NCBI GenBank assembly: GCA_951406725.2
Contig: OX597823.1
Coordinates: 91,884,001 to 91,948,000, forward strand
Source of the DNA: Octopus vulgaris
Taxonomy: Eukaryota
Length of the DNA stretch: 64,000 nt
Direction of reading: 5' to 3'
The position numbers were made by a program, and so were the translations under genes. Numbering within the stretch: position 1 is the first letter of the stretch; every line of letters begins with the position of its first letter. Shown here piece by piece: positions 17,541 to 30,803 of this stretch. A model generated the notes under the pieces. That model ran no database searches and was not told where the DNA came from. It saw nothing but the letters and a program-made list of their open reading frames with translations.

Positions 17541-17731
17541 AGTTGCGCTCTTAAAGCGCAATAAGATTATACGCTATGTATAATATGCTTCTTCGATTCA
17601 ACATCCGTAATATTAGGAAAATTCTTATATTTTTAGTATTTTTTACAAATCTTTTTAGAATTTTAATATTATCTTAAAAAGATTTATGTTTTGAAATTAT
17701 ATAATATTTTTGAACTCTTTTGAATCTTTAA

Positions 17732-17828
17732 TGTACCTCTGATGAGAGAAATGCGGTCAATTGCTATGGCTGGAAAAGTCACCGATTTCAAACCCCAATT
17801 TCTCGAAACGAACGTAAGAATATGTACA
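17732..17828 (+). ncRNA. Type I hammerhead ribozyme motif with long helix II loop
   Basis: tgtacct-CTGATGA-gagaaat[45 nt]atttctc-GAAAC-gaac-GTA-agaatatgtaca. The core is canonical, G10.1-C11.1 is intact and helix I (ct/ag plus tgtac/gtaca) has an internal loop. Confidence 0.7.
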
Positions 17829-17965
17829 CACTAATGATTCATCATAATTCACCGTATACCACCGCTCCTTGGATTCATGTATATACATATATATATATAT
17901 ATATATATCGGAGATGTACTTGCATAGCGAGTGACTTGATCTCAGATCGTGTGCTGGAACGAAAA

Positions 17966-18108
17966 CAATTGCAGCGTGGAAGGTGTTTATAAGCCATTTA
18001 AGAAACACACAAAACCGTTAGATTCACTTCAACATTTAATGTTTTTGTCAGTGAAAAGGTCGCGTGTGTTTCTTAAATGGCTTATAAACACCTTCCATGC
18101 TGCAATTG
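17966..18108. repeat. Fold-back element with 45-bp arms and 53-nt spacer, within (TA)n
   Basis: caattgcagcgtggaaggtgtttataagccatttaagaaacacac and its reverse complement, with 1 mismatch. Confidence 0.95.
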
Positions 18109-18112
18109 ATTG

Positions 18113-18193
<81 letters not shown>

Positions 18194-18227
18194 TGTATGT
18201 ATGTATGTATGTATGTATGTATGTATA

Positions 18228-18386
18228 AAACAGGTTTATTTCAGTTTCTGCCTACGGAATCCAGTCACATGCCTTTGGTTGACTTGAGGTGACAGTACAA
18301 AACACTTGTCGAAAGTGCCACACGGTGGAAGTGAATCCGGAGATATGTGATTTAGAATCAAACTTATTACAACACAACCACTCCTC
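18228..18386 (-). mobile_element. SINE family C head (tRNA-like, CORE-like domain)
   Basis: Similar to copies at 29852-29962(-), 44116-44272(-), 46472-46612(+) and 59436-59600(+). Confidence 0.65.
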
Positions 18387-18654
18387 CGTCTATAGATTTT
18401 TAATATCTGAAAATCTTTGATATCACCGACATCACACGATATCAAACGATATCAAACAACAATTTTTTTTTAGATATTTTCTGTTCTGTATTTTTTTTTG
18501 TACTTCGGTGCTACTATTTATTCTTCTTTAATTGTTTGTTTTGTGTTTTAGTGAGGAAGGAAAAAGCACCATTAACCATTACACGGCATCAGAGGTGGGT
18601 AGAATGGCTGGTGGAATGTATTTTGAAAGGGTCATGTCCTGAATCGTTTTATCA

Positions 18655-19005
18655 GAATAAACTCTGCTAAAAGTATTCAGAGTACCAGTTGATGATGTTA
18701 AACTCGGCAACGGATTAAGACCACCACCCAGGTAGTCTACAAAGGGATTTGAACTCAGAACTGAAGGAGCTCGGGCAAAATCCGCAAAGCATTCGTCCCA
18801 ACGTTTTTGAAGTAGCATCAATACATCGCCTCAAATTTTGCAGTACCAGCAATCTACTGCTTCAGATTGGTACTTTTTCATCAACCTTCAAAAGATGAAA
18901 CACAGGGTTGACCCAGGTGAGATTTGAAATCAAAGTGCAGAGGATCGGAACACATAATGCGAAGTATTGTGTCTGACGTTCTAATCACTCAACCACATTG
19001 CCACG
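18655..19005 (-). mobile_element. Two degenerate SINE family A copies
   Basis: gatttgaactcagaac and aaagatgaaacacagggttgacccaggtgagatttgaa motifs. Confidence 0.6.
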
Positions 19006-19265
19006 ATTTTGATCGTCTGCTTAAACAGTTATGATCGAAGATCATCCAGCAGCCTTTATGGATCTTTAGCTTATCTACACATATGTTATTAAATGTCTTT
19101 CGCCGATTTTAACAAGATAGTATATAACGGCAGGGATTTTGTTGTTTTCTTGCCATATAAAGGATACTTATTGGTATTTAGTATACTGTCTCTTTTACAC
19201 ACCTTATATACATACATGCATACATATGTGCATATAGATATAACAGAGTATATTTATATGCATGA

Positions 19266-19296
<31 letters not shown>

Positions 19297-19354
19297 GTAT
19301 TTATATATATATCTGTATGTATACATAGATATATACATAAATATATATATATAT

Positions 19355-19397
<43 letters not shown>

Positions 19398-20377
19398 ATC
19401 TATATATATATACGTAAATATATATAGTATTAATAGTATTAATATTATATACATATATATATATATATATCATATTATTGCTATATATATAATATATAAT
19501 ATATATATATATTTGTGTGTGTGTGTGTCTGCATAATTTGTGCACGGCTCTTAATTCATGCATGTAATGTAGCTATATACGCATATGTATATGTATATGC
19601 GTGCATGCATGAATATATATATATATCCTTTTAGCCACAGGTAGAACCATATCGGTGAAACGTCCATGATTAAATACTTCACTTGCGCAATCCTCTCTTT
19701 CTTCCTCCAGCCTTAGTACATGTTAGGATTGCATTGCGTCCACATCTCACATTCTTTATAAGATAATAAGGTTTGAATTGAAGGAGATTTGTCACTAATT
19801 CATACAATATAACGTGTATTGGCATTTCCGGCCATGGACCATCTTATGGTTCAGAATGGAAGTTTTGAAGCATTTGTCAATTATTAGTAAAGATGATTTT
19901 CAGTTTTCTGAGAGAAAGCCGACAGCAAAATAGAACAGTATATGTGTTTATTTGTTGTTATCTTTCTCGCCAGAATGCTCAACGCTTATTCCTTCATTCT
20001 CTTATTCTTTTACTTCTTTTATCTCTAGAGCTGCGGCCAAACTGGAATATGGCAATAAATGTTACACCAGTAGCAAAATAATGTGGAACGTAATTACATA
20101 CTCCCGGAGTTAAGCTAAGAATGAAGAGCAAAATGAACAGGAAATAATTTCTGTAGTAGTTTAACCTTTTAGAAATTGCAGCCCAAACTCTCTCACTACA
20201 AAACTTTAACTCCTTTCATTCAAAATGTGAAAGGACACACTGGATAATACAGTCCAGGGGACGGTTTGATCAAACACGCATTTCATTGCAAGAACAGACG
20301 TCAATAGATCTGGTGAAAAATAAGCCAGTACACAGAAATATTACTAACGATAAATGGCATAGGTGCTTCATAAGACA

Positions 20378-20425
<48 letters not shown>

Positions 20426-20554
20426 ATTCTCCCGTCGGGAACGACGCATGGGCATCCAGATTTTGCCAAACGACAAGCACAAATGATTTGTTTATAGTGA
20501 TCAAATGTATTTGTTGTATATTAGCTCACACCCTCCATCAAATCGACGTTCCTG

Positions 20555-20745
20555 AACAGGTTAACACGCTGGGCAAAATGCCTAGCGGTATTTCGTCTGT
20601 CTTTATGTTCTGAGTTCAAATTCCGCCGAGGTAGATTTTGCCTTTCATCTTTTCAGAGTCAATGAAATAAGAAGTAGCTGAGCACTGGGATCGACGTAAT
20701 CGACTTATCCCCATCCACACTGACCTTGTGCCAAAATTTGAAAGC
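20555..20745 (+). mobile_element. SINE family A
   Basis: gcggtatttcgtctg...gttctgagttcaaattccgccgaggtagattttgcctttcatc. Confidence 0.85.
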
Positions 20746-20849
20746 AATATTTAAGAACATGCGACCCTATTGCTTCAAACGTCGAAACAAGACTTTTGCA
20801 TATGCAGCAATTCAATGAGCAGAGTGTAAAATTTCATCACCCTTGTCAT

Positions 20850-21600
20850 AAATACACCTTGAAGACAAGTCCCTTTCGTGAAATTTCCACAGGATCATTT
20901 GTTTATTAAAACAGTATCTCCTGTATCACTTCTCTTTTCTTTCTTAGACAGAATAATCATCACTTCTGTCACATATTCTTTCCCTTCTTCCTCAATGAAA
21001 ATGGCAATTTTGTTACAATCACTGTATCGTTGAATCTTATATATTCGAGCACATCTAAATACTTTCGCTGGGGGTCACAAAAACTGTCATTCGAACATCA
21101 ATAATACAAAAGATAGCGTTCCAGTTATCTATATCATATCACGGAACTATACTGTTATATAATATAGTCAACTTCCTTTCCTGTGCTTCAAGGATTGTCT
21201 TCAATGAAGTAAAGGACATTGTTTGGAGAGACTTCAACCAACAACCTCATGAAGTTCGCAACAACACTCATAGAATCTATTTGTACATGGTCCTGTATTT
21301 CGATCTGTCTCACGACTTGGATAATTTTTCCTCATAATTTAAAATTGGTGCCAATTATACGTCCATTCATACAAAGAAACATAAACAGAAATGACGTACA
21401 CGTTACAGCTGCCACCCTGGAAGGCATAACCAAGCTGTTTCCATTTTTCTAGTTCGTTTTACCATTTATCGATCTTAACCCTGTCGCTTTCACATTCCGG
21501 GAAGATTTGATCTTACACAAACCTATGCATATTCACAATCATTACATCCGCATATCACCTATTTGCTGTGGTGCTATGGCCACAAACCTCTTATAAAAAC
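20850..21600 (-). pseudogene. Ancient LINE apurinic-endonuclease remnant (RTE-like)
   Basis: Minus-strand translation with stops gives IGLCKIK...KNGNSLVM...NGRII...KIIQV, then RFYE after a frameshift. This follows the APE motif order GL.E.R / GVG / RII / IIQVYAP / FYE. Confidence 0.45.
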
Positions 21601-22207
21601 AATTTTCCTCATCTTATGCTCTCCCCAATTTCCAATTCCTCTCATCTGATTTCTTTTCACTCTCACAGAATCTTCAAACACATTTAATCAGTGATGATTC
21701 AATCGTTTAGTTTGTTTTTCCTTTGAAGAAAAGCCGTACTCGAGACTTCAATAACCACGTCTCTCTACAAAATAATGAAACTAGTGCACAAAATTTTTTT
21801 TCTACAGACGTCAACCGTAATTATTAAAATCGCTTCGCAATTTTATTATATGACACAGAATTTCACTCGTACTAAGTTATCCAGACTGATAGAGAAATAT
21901 TACTAATTTATCCAGACTGATAGAGAATATTAGTCAGTCATATTTACTCACTACAAAAGTAAAAAAAAAAAATTCTTCCTCTCACCAATTACTCACCCAC
22001 TCGATACTTCATCATCTGTTAGTTCCCTTCTCGAGGAGATTGGGACTGACAGGGATTCTCCTGGAAGGTTCACATGAAGGACCCAAGGATATACCGAAAA
22101 TAATGAATGCGGTAACATGTTGCAATGACGCATGACCTCACACCTGACCTGAACGATTATGACAGCATAGAGGACATATTGCCATACAGTGGTCAAGCTA
22201 TATAAAT

Positions 22208-22530
22208 ACAGTTTAGTAACCACACGCCATAAAGCGGTTCACCTGTCGCGGATCACTTATTGCGTTTCACTTATCGCGATCCACTCATCGCAGTTCCCTA
22301 TCTCGGTTCACTTATCGCGGTTCACTTATCTCGGTTCACTTATCGCGGTTTAACATTTAAGCTTATGTCGATTACTCCGTGGTGTTGTTTTGCATTTATA
22401 ATAAAATATGTACGAATTATAAAAATAATAATAAGTATATGCAGTAGAGTGGTGTTTCTACTTCGCGGATTTTTCTCTACCGTGGCGGGGTTTGGAACGT
22501 AACACCCACGATAGTCGAGAGAGTACTGTA
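22208..22530. mobile_element. pogo/Tigger-type MITE with amplified 14-bp subterminal unit (gcggttcacttatc x ~8 at 22234-22349)
   Basis: Ends tacagt...actgta with TA flanks. The tandem 14-mers are read directly. Confidence 0.7.
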
Positions 22531-22987
22531 TATAATATTATAGTCACATAATTGTCGTATTCATACAGTTTGTCAATATGTTGGATAACGACAGAATCAG
22601 GAACGATATTCATGCAAAAATTCTTCCATGCTACCATTTACATATGACTTTTTTTTTTTACTAATATTTAAATTCTTGTTCGTGTGAAACATTTTCGAAA
22701 TTAACTTTGTCTTGATATTTCGGTTGATTAAACGTATGTAACGTATAAATATCACTGTAAATTTTTACATCTGAGATAATAGGTAACTAGTTTCGACTTT
22801 GTTCTATCAGATAGGGATTTTTTATGTAATATTATTACCTGGTATTATTCATAGATATATTTTCCTCCAAGTTGTACACTCACACAGAAACAAACAGAAA
22901 CACACGCACACAATCACACACATATATATATATAGATATATGCATATATATATATTTGCATACATATATATATACATATACACATGG

Positions 22988-23032
<45 letters not shown>

Positions 23033-23046
23033 TATATATATATATG

Positions 23047-23078
<32 letters not shown>

Positions 23079-23212
23079 CATATACACATGTACATGCATA
23101 TATATACATATGTATTTACATATATATATACATATACATACATACATAAATACATATATATATGTATATATATACATATATATATATATATTTATGTATG
23201 TATGTATGTATG

Positions 23213-23255
<43 letters not shown>

Positions 23256-23258
<3 letters not shown>

Positions 23259-24596
23259 TCCGACCGGTTTCCCTTACATCAATAATCAGCAAGATGTTCG
23301 AAACCATCCTTAAGAAAAGTATGATGCTCCACCTCCTAAACACAGCCTCGATCACTGATTCCCAACACGGCTTCGTGCCGAAGAGATCATGCTTGACCAA
23401 CTTACTAGTAATGGAAGAATTGGTGACGCGCATCCTCGATGATAGTGATGCTGTTGACATCGTTTTATTGGACTTTGCCAAAGCTTTTGACTCGGTAAAC
23501 CACCGCCTACTACTTGTCAAGCTTCAAGCATATAGTTTCCATCCGGATATTGTACGATGGGTTGGTGCCTTCCTCTCAGATCGCTCCTTCCAAATTCAAG
23601 TTAATGGTTCGCGGTCCGACGTCTCCAGTGCGAGCAGTGGCGTGCCTCAAGGTTCAGTGCTTGGGCCCTTGTTGTTCTTAGTCTTCATAAATGACTTGCC
23701 CGACGACCTCACGCAACACACCCTTCTATTTGCCGACGATATCAAACTGGTCGCTCCTCGCGGTAGTATAGAGGATCTTCGTCGATGCCTCCACCAAATT
23801 TGGAAGTGGTCTAACGATTGGGACCTGTGTCTGAACGTGTCAAAGTGCTGTCATCTGCCTGTCGGCTCTACTCCTGCAACTCAACTTGATTTCGAGCCGG
23901 GTCGTCTGCTGCTGGAGAGGACCGATCAGGTAAATGACCTGGGTATCTTGGTGGATTCCTCCTTTTCGCCTTCGGCACAGTGCGTCCATGCTGCCAACAA
24001 AGCGCGCGGAATTCTGTTTTTGATTCGACGGTGATTCGGAATGCTCACAGCAGCCATATTCCTGCCACTCTATGTCACGCTGGTGAGACCCATATTGGAG
24101 TATGGGATTCAAGCTTCTTCTCCTTATCTCCTCAAAGACATACAGCCCCTCGAAAGAGTCCAGAGGCTGGCTACCCGCATGGTTCATGGTCTCAAAAATT
24201 TGTCCTACGAAGAAAGGCTGAGGACGCTCGACCTTTATTCTCTTGAAAAACGCCGCCGCCGTGGTGATCTCATTCTCGCCCACAACATTATAAGCGGGAA
24301 GAAGTGTAACCTCTCGAAAGAGCTGTTCTTCACTCCTGCTCCAGAGCGTCGGCTGCGGGGTCATTCCGAAAAGCTCTACCTGCGACGATTTCATCTCAAT
24401 CGAAGGAGAGGAGCTTTCTCCGTCCGGGTTGCGGATCCGTGGAACAAGCTGCCAGACGATATGGTGAAGATGCCGACGACCGCTTTGTTCAAAGCCTCCC
24501 TGGACCTCAAGTGGCCTGAACTCTTTACATGAACACCACCCTGTACTTAACTCCATGCCCCCCTACATGGCCTTGCTATTTGCTTTTGAGCCAAAT

Positions 24597-24629
<33 letters not shown>
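23256..24629 (+). mobile_element. Young 5'-truncated CR1-clade LINE (RT domain to 3' end) with (AACT)n tail
   Basis: [59 protein letters not shown] single TGA at 24032 splits the ORF. Inserted next to (TA)n. Confidence 0.93.
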
Positions 24630-24786
24630 CTATACAAGCTGTTGCTGATTAAACAGGAGCGACAAATTGCAGGAGTCAATAGGAATCTTAAGTGTCCTTT
24701 GATACATTTTAATTGAAACGGTGCAAATTCTAAAACTCACCTGTTATTAGTTTCTGATCAGTTGCTGGTAAAGCAAACCTGCTTTG

Positions 24787-24817
<31 letters not shown>

Positions 24818-24821
24818 CATG

Positions 24822-25117
24822 AGGAGCACTCCCTCGGTTACGGCAATGCTCCGATCAAGGAAACAGCCTGCTTGGGTAATTAACGTACAAGTGTCTGAAC
24901 ACTCCACAGACACGTGTACACTTGACGCATTTCTCAGGGAGATTCAGTGTGACACAGTTTGACGAGACTGACCCTTTGAAATACAGGTACTACTCATTTT
25001 TGTCAGCTGAGTGAACTGGAGCAACGTGAGATAATGTGTCTTGCTCAAGGACACAACGCGTCGCAGGGAATTGAACTATTGTGACCTGAATGCCCAAACG
25101 ACTAAGCCACGCGCCTT
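24822..25117 (-). mobile_element. tRNA-derived CORE-type octopus SINE (family B, OR-like)
   Basis: Reverse complement of ggcgcgtggcttag...gtgtccttgagcaag...gtctgtggagtg...taaccga. Confidence 0.82.
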
Positions 25118-25225
25118 CACACACACAGACATATATGTAAGTATGTATATATCTATGTGCATTTATATATACATACCGACTTAAATGTATACATATATTG
25201 CACATATATAATTTATTGGTAGTAG

Positions 25226-25598
25226 AGGTGCAATGGCCCAGTGGTTAGGTCAACGGACTGACGGTCGTAGGATTGCGGTTTTAATTCCCAGGTCGGGCGT
25301 TGTGAGTGTTTTTTGAGCAAAAATGCCTAAAGCTCCACGAGGTTCCGGCAGGGGTGGTGAACGCTGCTTTAATCTTCCACCACTACTTTCTCAAACTTTC
25401 TTCCCGTTTTTGTTGTTCCTGTATATCAAAGGGCCATCCTTGTCACATTCTATATCACGCTGAATCTCCGCCGAGAACTACGTTTGGTGTGGATGTGTCT
25501 GTGGAGCGCTCAGCCACTTGCGCGTTAGTTTCACGAGCAGGTTGTTACGTTGATCGGATCAAATGGAACTCTCGTCGTCGTAACCGACGGAGTGCCAC
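25226..25598 (+). mobile_element. SINE family B
   Basis: tRNA-like head ggtgcaatggcccagtggttagg and tail ctcgtcgtcgtaaccgacggagtgcc. Confidence 0.82.
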
Positions 25599-26164
25599 GA
25601 TAATCTATTGGTGGTGAAACATATTTTGATTTAGCTCTGATAGTCTGACAATATTTTAGCCCCAATCCAGAAATATTTACACACTTACACCCCACGCAGA
25701 GAGTGGGAGGGAGAGAGAGAGAATGAGAGAGAAGGAAAGCGTGATAGAGTCAGAGAGAAAGTAGTAATGGTGAGGAAATAACTATTTTTCTAATGTTAAA
25801 TTTTGCATGATGCATTACTGATTTCGCCTGAGGTATCAATTGATACAGATAATTTATTTAGCCGCATTGACTGCCATGTAAACTGTGTGCTATTGAGATA
25901 ACATGGATCATTTTAATTCACAGAAGCCAATAAATCCTCGCATAGTTAACGATATCATATTTCAGATCCACTGTGTTATCTTGAAGAGTTTCTAGCCTCG
26001 TGCCCAAAAACAAGCAGGCCGAAGAAATAAATCAGAAAGATTAAGATTGAAATCGCTATTTCATATACAGGGATTTCGTCAATGCTTCTGCCCTAAGCCG
26101 AGACATGCATTCTCTAAATAATTCACAATCCAGTATCTACACATAAGCATACGTGTATAGTGTG

Positions 26165-26228
<64 letters not shown>

Positions 26229-26451
26229 TATACATATATATACATATATATACATATATATATACATATATATATATACATATATATACATATATATATA
26301 TATACATATATATACATATATATATATATACATATATATACATATATACATATATATATACATATATATATATGTATATACATATATATATATATATATA
26401 TACATATATATACATATATACATATATATATATACATATATATATGTATAT

Positions 26452-26510
<59 letters not shown>

Positions 26511-26536
26511 TACATATATATATACATATATATATG

Positions 26537-26587
<51 letters not shown>

Positions 26588-27220
26588 ATGTATGTATGTG
26601 GATGTATAGGTGTATACAGGTGCATATATATAATACTGTGATATGGTATTGATATGCTAGCTGTCACAGGTAAGAAAGACTCTATGCTGAATTTAAGTGA
26701 AATGGATATATAATTTAAATCAAGTTGAAGTGACAGTGGTGAATTACTCTTGACTAGCGAATTATCAGTAATCGACACACACGCGCACACACGTGCACTC
26801 ACGGAAGTACAGACACAAACACACACAATTACATATCTGTACAAAAATGTCCGTGTATACACAGAAAATATGTCCACTGTCATAATGAACCCAATTAGCA
26901 AGAGATCGGAGTTTGATGACTTGTTTATTTTTCAGTCACGTTTCGCGTCATTGCGATCTTCAGGCACTGAAACTGAAGGTGGTGGTGGTGGTGGTGGGGG
27001 CACTCAGATCGTAAAACACGCTTACAGAAATAGCTTCGATAAAAACCATACATACACACATATATATATATATATGAATAGATAGGTTTGAGAGACAGAA
27101 TCCTCCTCAAGCAACATAATCATCATTGAATGACATTATCCACTATAGGTACATATAGGATTAAATATTAAAATTATCAAAATCAATACCTTCAATTCTT
27201 ATTCTGAATCATATACTTTA

Positions 27221-27311
<91 letters not shown>

Positions 27312-27599
27312 TAAATATATATAGACAGATATTATTGTGTTTGGCACACACATATGTCTGTGTGTACGTATATACGGATGCTAGTAGGTTTAAGGAGAGA
27401 TATCCAAAACACTAAATTTAATCAGTAAACACTGATATACATAATGATGATATCCTTGGGTTTTCACACAATGTAATAAGCCCCATATGATATATAAATA
27501 TTATATGTCCAATTATCCTATTTCAAAACGACCGTATTATTTCCTTACCCAGCATAAATGTTTGTATCATTACTACGGAAAACAAAAACTAAAGTAAAG

Positions 27600-28082
27600 T
27601 TTTTTGTGGCAGTCCCTGTTGGGATCATTGCTACTGTTGTTTTGCCCCAGGCAACATCCTCTCCAGCTGGTTATACGACACAAATCTATGTCCTTATATT
27701 TTAGAACAGGGAAGTTTAGTACCCCCACCCAGTATCTGTGGACCGCACGGTTTCAGTGTTATTTCGCTTCGTCGGCACAGAATAACACTTTAGCTGAGAT
27801 GGCGCTTGTAAATCCCCGTTCGAAAATATATATAATTTTGTAAGTGACACACTGTTAATGATCTAAGAATAAAAATGTTATTGTTCCTAAACCTCTCAAT
27901 GAGAGATATTCAGTATCAGTACTTTAAATTGAAGGTATAGACAGTTCCAACAGGGACTGCCACGTTAGGTTGGCAAATAACCTTTACCTTAAAGCACTGC
28001 TACTGAATATCTTTCGTTGAGAGATTTAAGAACAAGAATGAAACACTTGTGGGGAATATCCCCATCTTCAGTCATCTCTACG
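27600..28082. mobile_element. Penelope-like/retrozyme-like composite with overlapping inverted repeats and HHR motifs
   Basis: gtggcagtccctgttgg (27606) is inverted at 27947-27963. ~47-bp inverted arms lie at 27881-27927 and 27989-28034. A partial HHR (CTGAAGA-tgggga..tcccca) is on the minus strand at 28050-28075. Confidence 0.55.
27735..27781 (-). ncRNA. Compact type I hammerhead ribozyme motif (CCGACGA core variant)
   Basis: tctgtg-CCGACGA-agcgaaataacact-GAAA-ccgtgcgg-TC-cacaga. Helix I is 6 bp, helix III is acc/ggt and the cleavage triplet is GUC. Confidence 0.7.
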
Positions 28083-28129
28083 TATATACATACATAAGTG
28101 CATACATACATAAATACATACATACATAT

Positions 28130-28162
<33 letters not shown>

Positions 28163-28293
28163 CATATATACATACATACATACATATATATATATATACA
28201 TACATATATATATTTATATACACATACATACATATATTTACATACACATACATACATATATATACATACACATACATACATATATATACACAT

Positions 28294-28334
<41 letters not shown>

Positions 28335-29448
28335 AATATATGCTCACACATTCGTACATTTATACATACGCTCACAAACACACACACATTTAATATAATT
28401 AAATTAATATCGAAGATTTTGTCGGACAAACTGACATTTAACAAGGTGACCAATCATTTTACTGACACATTATATAAAATGGTTGGGACTTTAAGATCAG
28501 TTTCTCCCCTAATTATGAGCAATGTTTCCTGAGACATAGGAAGCTGAAAAGAAGTTTAAAATTAATAGACTTTTAAAATCAATCTTTTATTTAAACATTT
28601 GATATTGCCAGAAAACTCTTATTCCTGTTTAATAGATTGTTTTTAGTTTGACTTAGGTAAAACTCCATTAATGAACATAAATAATGTGTTACTTCTTATT
28701 TCGTGCAAAACGAAGTTTAGAAACAAATACCTGAGGTAACGTGTCTCACTAAATATATAATTATACGTTCAGAGAGTAACGGGTATTTACCAGCAAATTT
28801 AGAACCCTAAACGCCATGTACAAAACTTGAGGTAAATACGTAGTGCTATATACGCCGAAAGAAAGTCTTAATTTGGTATCTGTAAAAGGAGTGGCAAAAA
28901 TTGGGGAACTATGACTTTGAAATATACTTTAATCCAAAGCGATTCAGTTTTCCCTATCTGAAGCTGAAGTCTGTCTTCAAGAAAGAAGAAATGAAGCGAC
29001 ACGAATGAGAGCGATCCTGTGACCTATGTCTGTTGAAGAACAGTCTCTTGCTATTTTCCGGACTATATGGTCTGTAGTTGAGAGCAGAATGATAAATGGG
29101 AAGAAAACCAAATAATGTAACGTTTGCACTACTGAGAATGGTCGTTTCCTCACGAAAACTACAGACAGTCTGGATCCAAAATCAAAACTAATGTCGAAAT
29201 GCCACCACGAGAACAATTTCATTTTTGAGACAAATTATAACGGATAACGTTAAGGAAGGTTTGAAAATGTAACATGTTTGGAATTTTGCAACTAGCTATC
29301 CGTTAGGATCGACGAATAGATTGGAAGACACGGTAAACGAGAATAGCCGTTGGGAATGAAAACTTAATTATGAAATAAATAAATTTATAAATTACAACTA
29401 ATAATTTAAAAATAAATAATAATGGATGTTGTTAATAATCTTTTTAAC

Positions 29449-29845
29449 CTGAGGCACAAAGTCTGATTTTCTTTCGGGGTGAGGATAGTCGGTTACATCG
29501 ACCCCAGTGCATGACCGGTACTCTTTACATCGTCTCCAAAAGGATGAAAGGCAAAGTCGACCTCGGCGGAATTTGAACTTAGAACGTAAAAACGGACGAA
29601 ATACCGCTAAGCATTTCGTCGGGCGTGCTAACGATGTTGTTAATAATGATAATAATAATAAAGTTGATAAAAGGCGGCGAGCTGGCAGAAACGTTAGCAC
29701 GCCGGGCGGAATGCTTGACGGTATATCGTCTGCCGCTACTTTCTGAGTTCAAATTCCGCCGAGGTCGTCTTTGCTTTTCATCCTTTCAGGGTCGATAAAT
29801 TAAGTACCAGTTGCGTACTTCGGTCGATCTAATCGACTGGCTTCC
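29449..29845. mobile_element. Divergent pair of SINE family A copies (29449-29634 minus, 29672-29845 plus)
   Basis: Both match the family consensus, with a ~37-bp spacer. Confidence 0.88.
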
Positions 29846-30771
29846 CAAACTGATCTACCAAATCCACTCACAAGTCTTGGTTGGCCCGAGGCTATAGTAG
29901 AAGACACTGAACCCGGAACCATGTGGTTGGTAAGCAAGCTACTTACCACACAGCCACTCCTGGGTCTACATATATTCATATATTCTTGTATACATATACA
30001 TATATACATATATAATTGACTTGCCCGCAAAGGTACTGACCCAGGAACCATGAGGTTGGAAAGCGAGCTCCTTTCCACATAGCTACAAGGATTCATTTTA
30101 GATGCTCCCTCCCTTTCGTTGTCTCTTGTTCTTTTAACCTCACACTCTGCATTGACATAAAATAGTTAATAGTCTAAAATATTACATTTTATCCTAATTT
30201 TGCATAAAAACATATATTAATTAACTCCTATAACATATTTACTGCAGAACCATTCTGAGTATTTCATGGTTGAAATAGGCGCTTGGATTTTAATTCGTGA
30301 ATGCGAGCGAAATGCATGTACATTATTTGCGCTTATGGCGGTATGTATAATGTATTTCTTATTTATTTACGTTCGGCATGTCGCCACTGATGGTCCGAAA
30401 AGGCTTTTAAGAACTCATACTGTGCAATCTATAGATTTGAGACTATCAAAATTATTTTATAAATCCTCGCTGTGTTTTCCTCACTTACAACATTGTGTAG
30501 TAGAGTAGTAATAGACCATTTGGGGTCTATTTCTAGCAAACTGGTGTTGTAACCATTCAGCACCCTTATTATAATTTTAATAAACATTAACCATTGTGGT
30601 ATTTTTAGTATGCTGGCCACTGATAAATCATTAAATAATGATTTTATCCCAATTATGTTTAAAATATAACGATAACATGCAATGAAACCTTAAAATGTCA
30701 ATCGATTTGTTGTTGTCGTCTGCAGACGTGACTTTGTTCATAAAACCGGATATCAATATATCTTATTGGCA

Positions 30772-30803
30772 TTAATTATGATATTGAGTGACAGGATTAA
30801 AGT
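30772..30803 (-). CDS. Putative terminal coding exon (xFNPVTQYHN*), copy 2
   Basis: Acceptor cttcattgatcttag and TAA stop. Paralog of 6752-6783. Confidence 0.28.

Noticed and set aside
20000-20150. Minus-strand hydrophobic signal-peptide-like frame (NYFLFILLFILSLTPG)
   Set aside because: No start codon or convincing exon context, it is flanked by SINE-like debris, and T-rich DNA gives such peptides by chance.
22234-22349. Regular 14-bp repeats, superficially CRISPR- or iteron-like
   Set aside because: There are no spacers, and they are amplified subterminal repeats of a pogo-type MITE in a eukaryote.
23840-24556. 238-aa minus-strand ORF
   Set aside because: It is the antisense shadow of the CR1 RT coding region.
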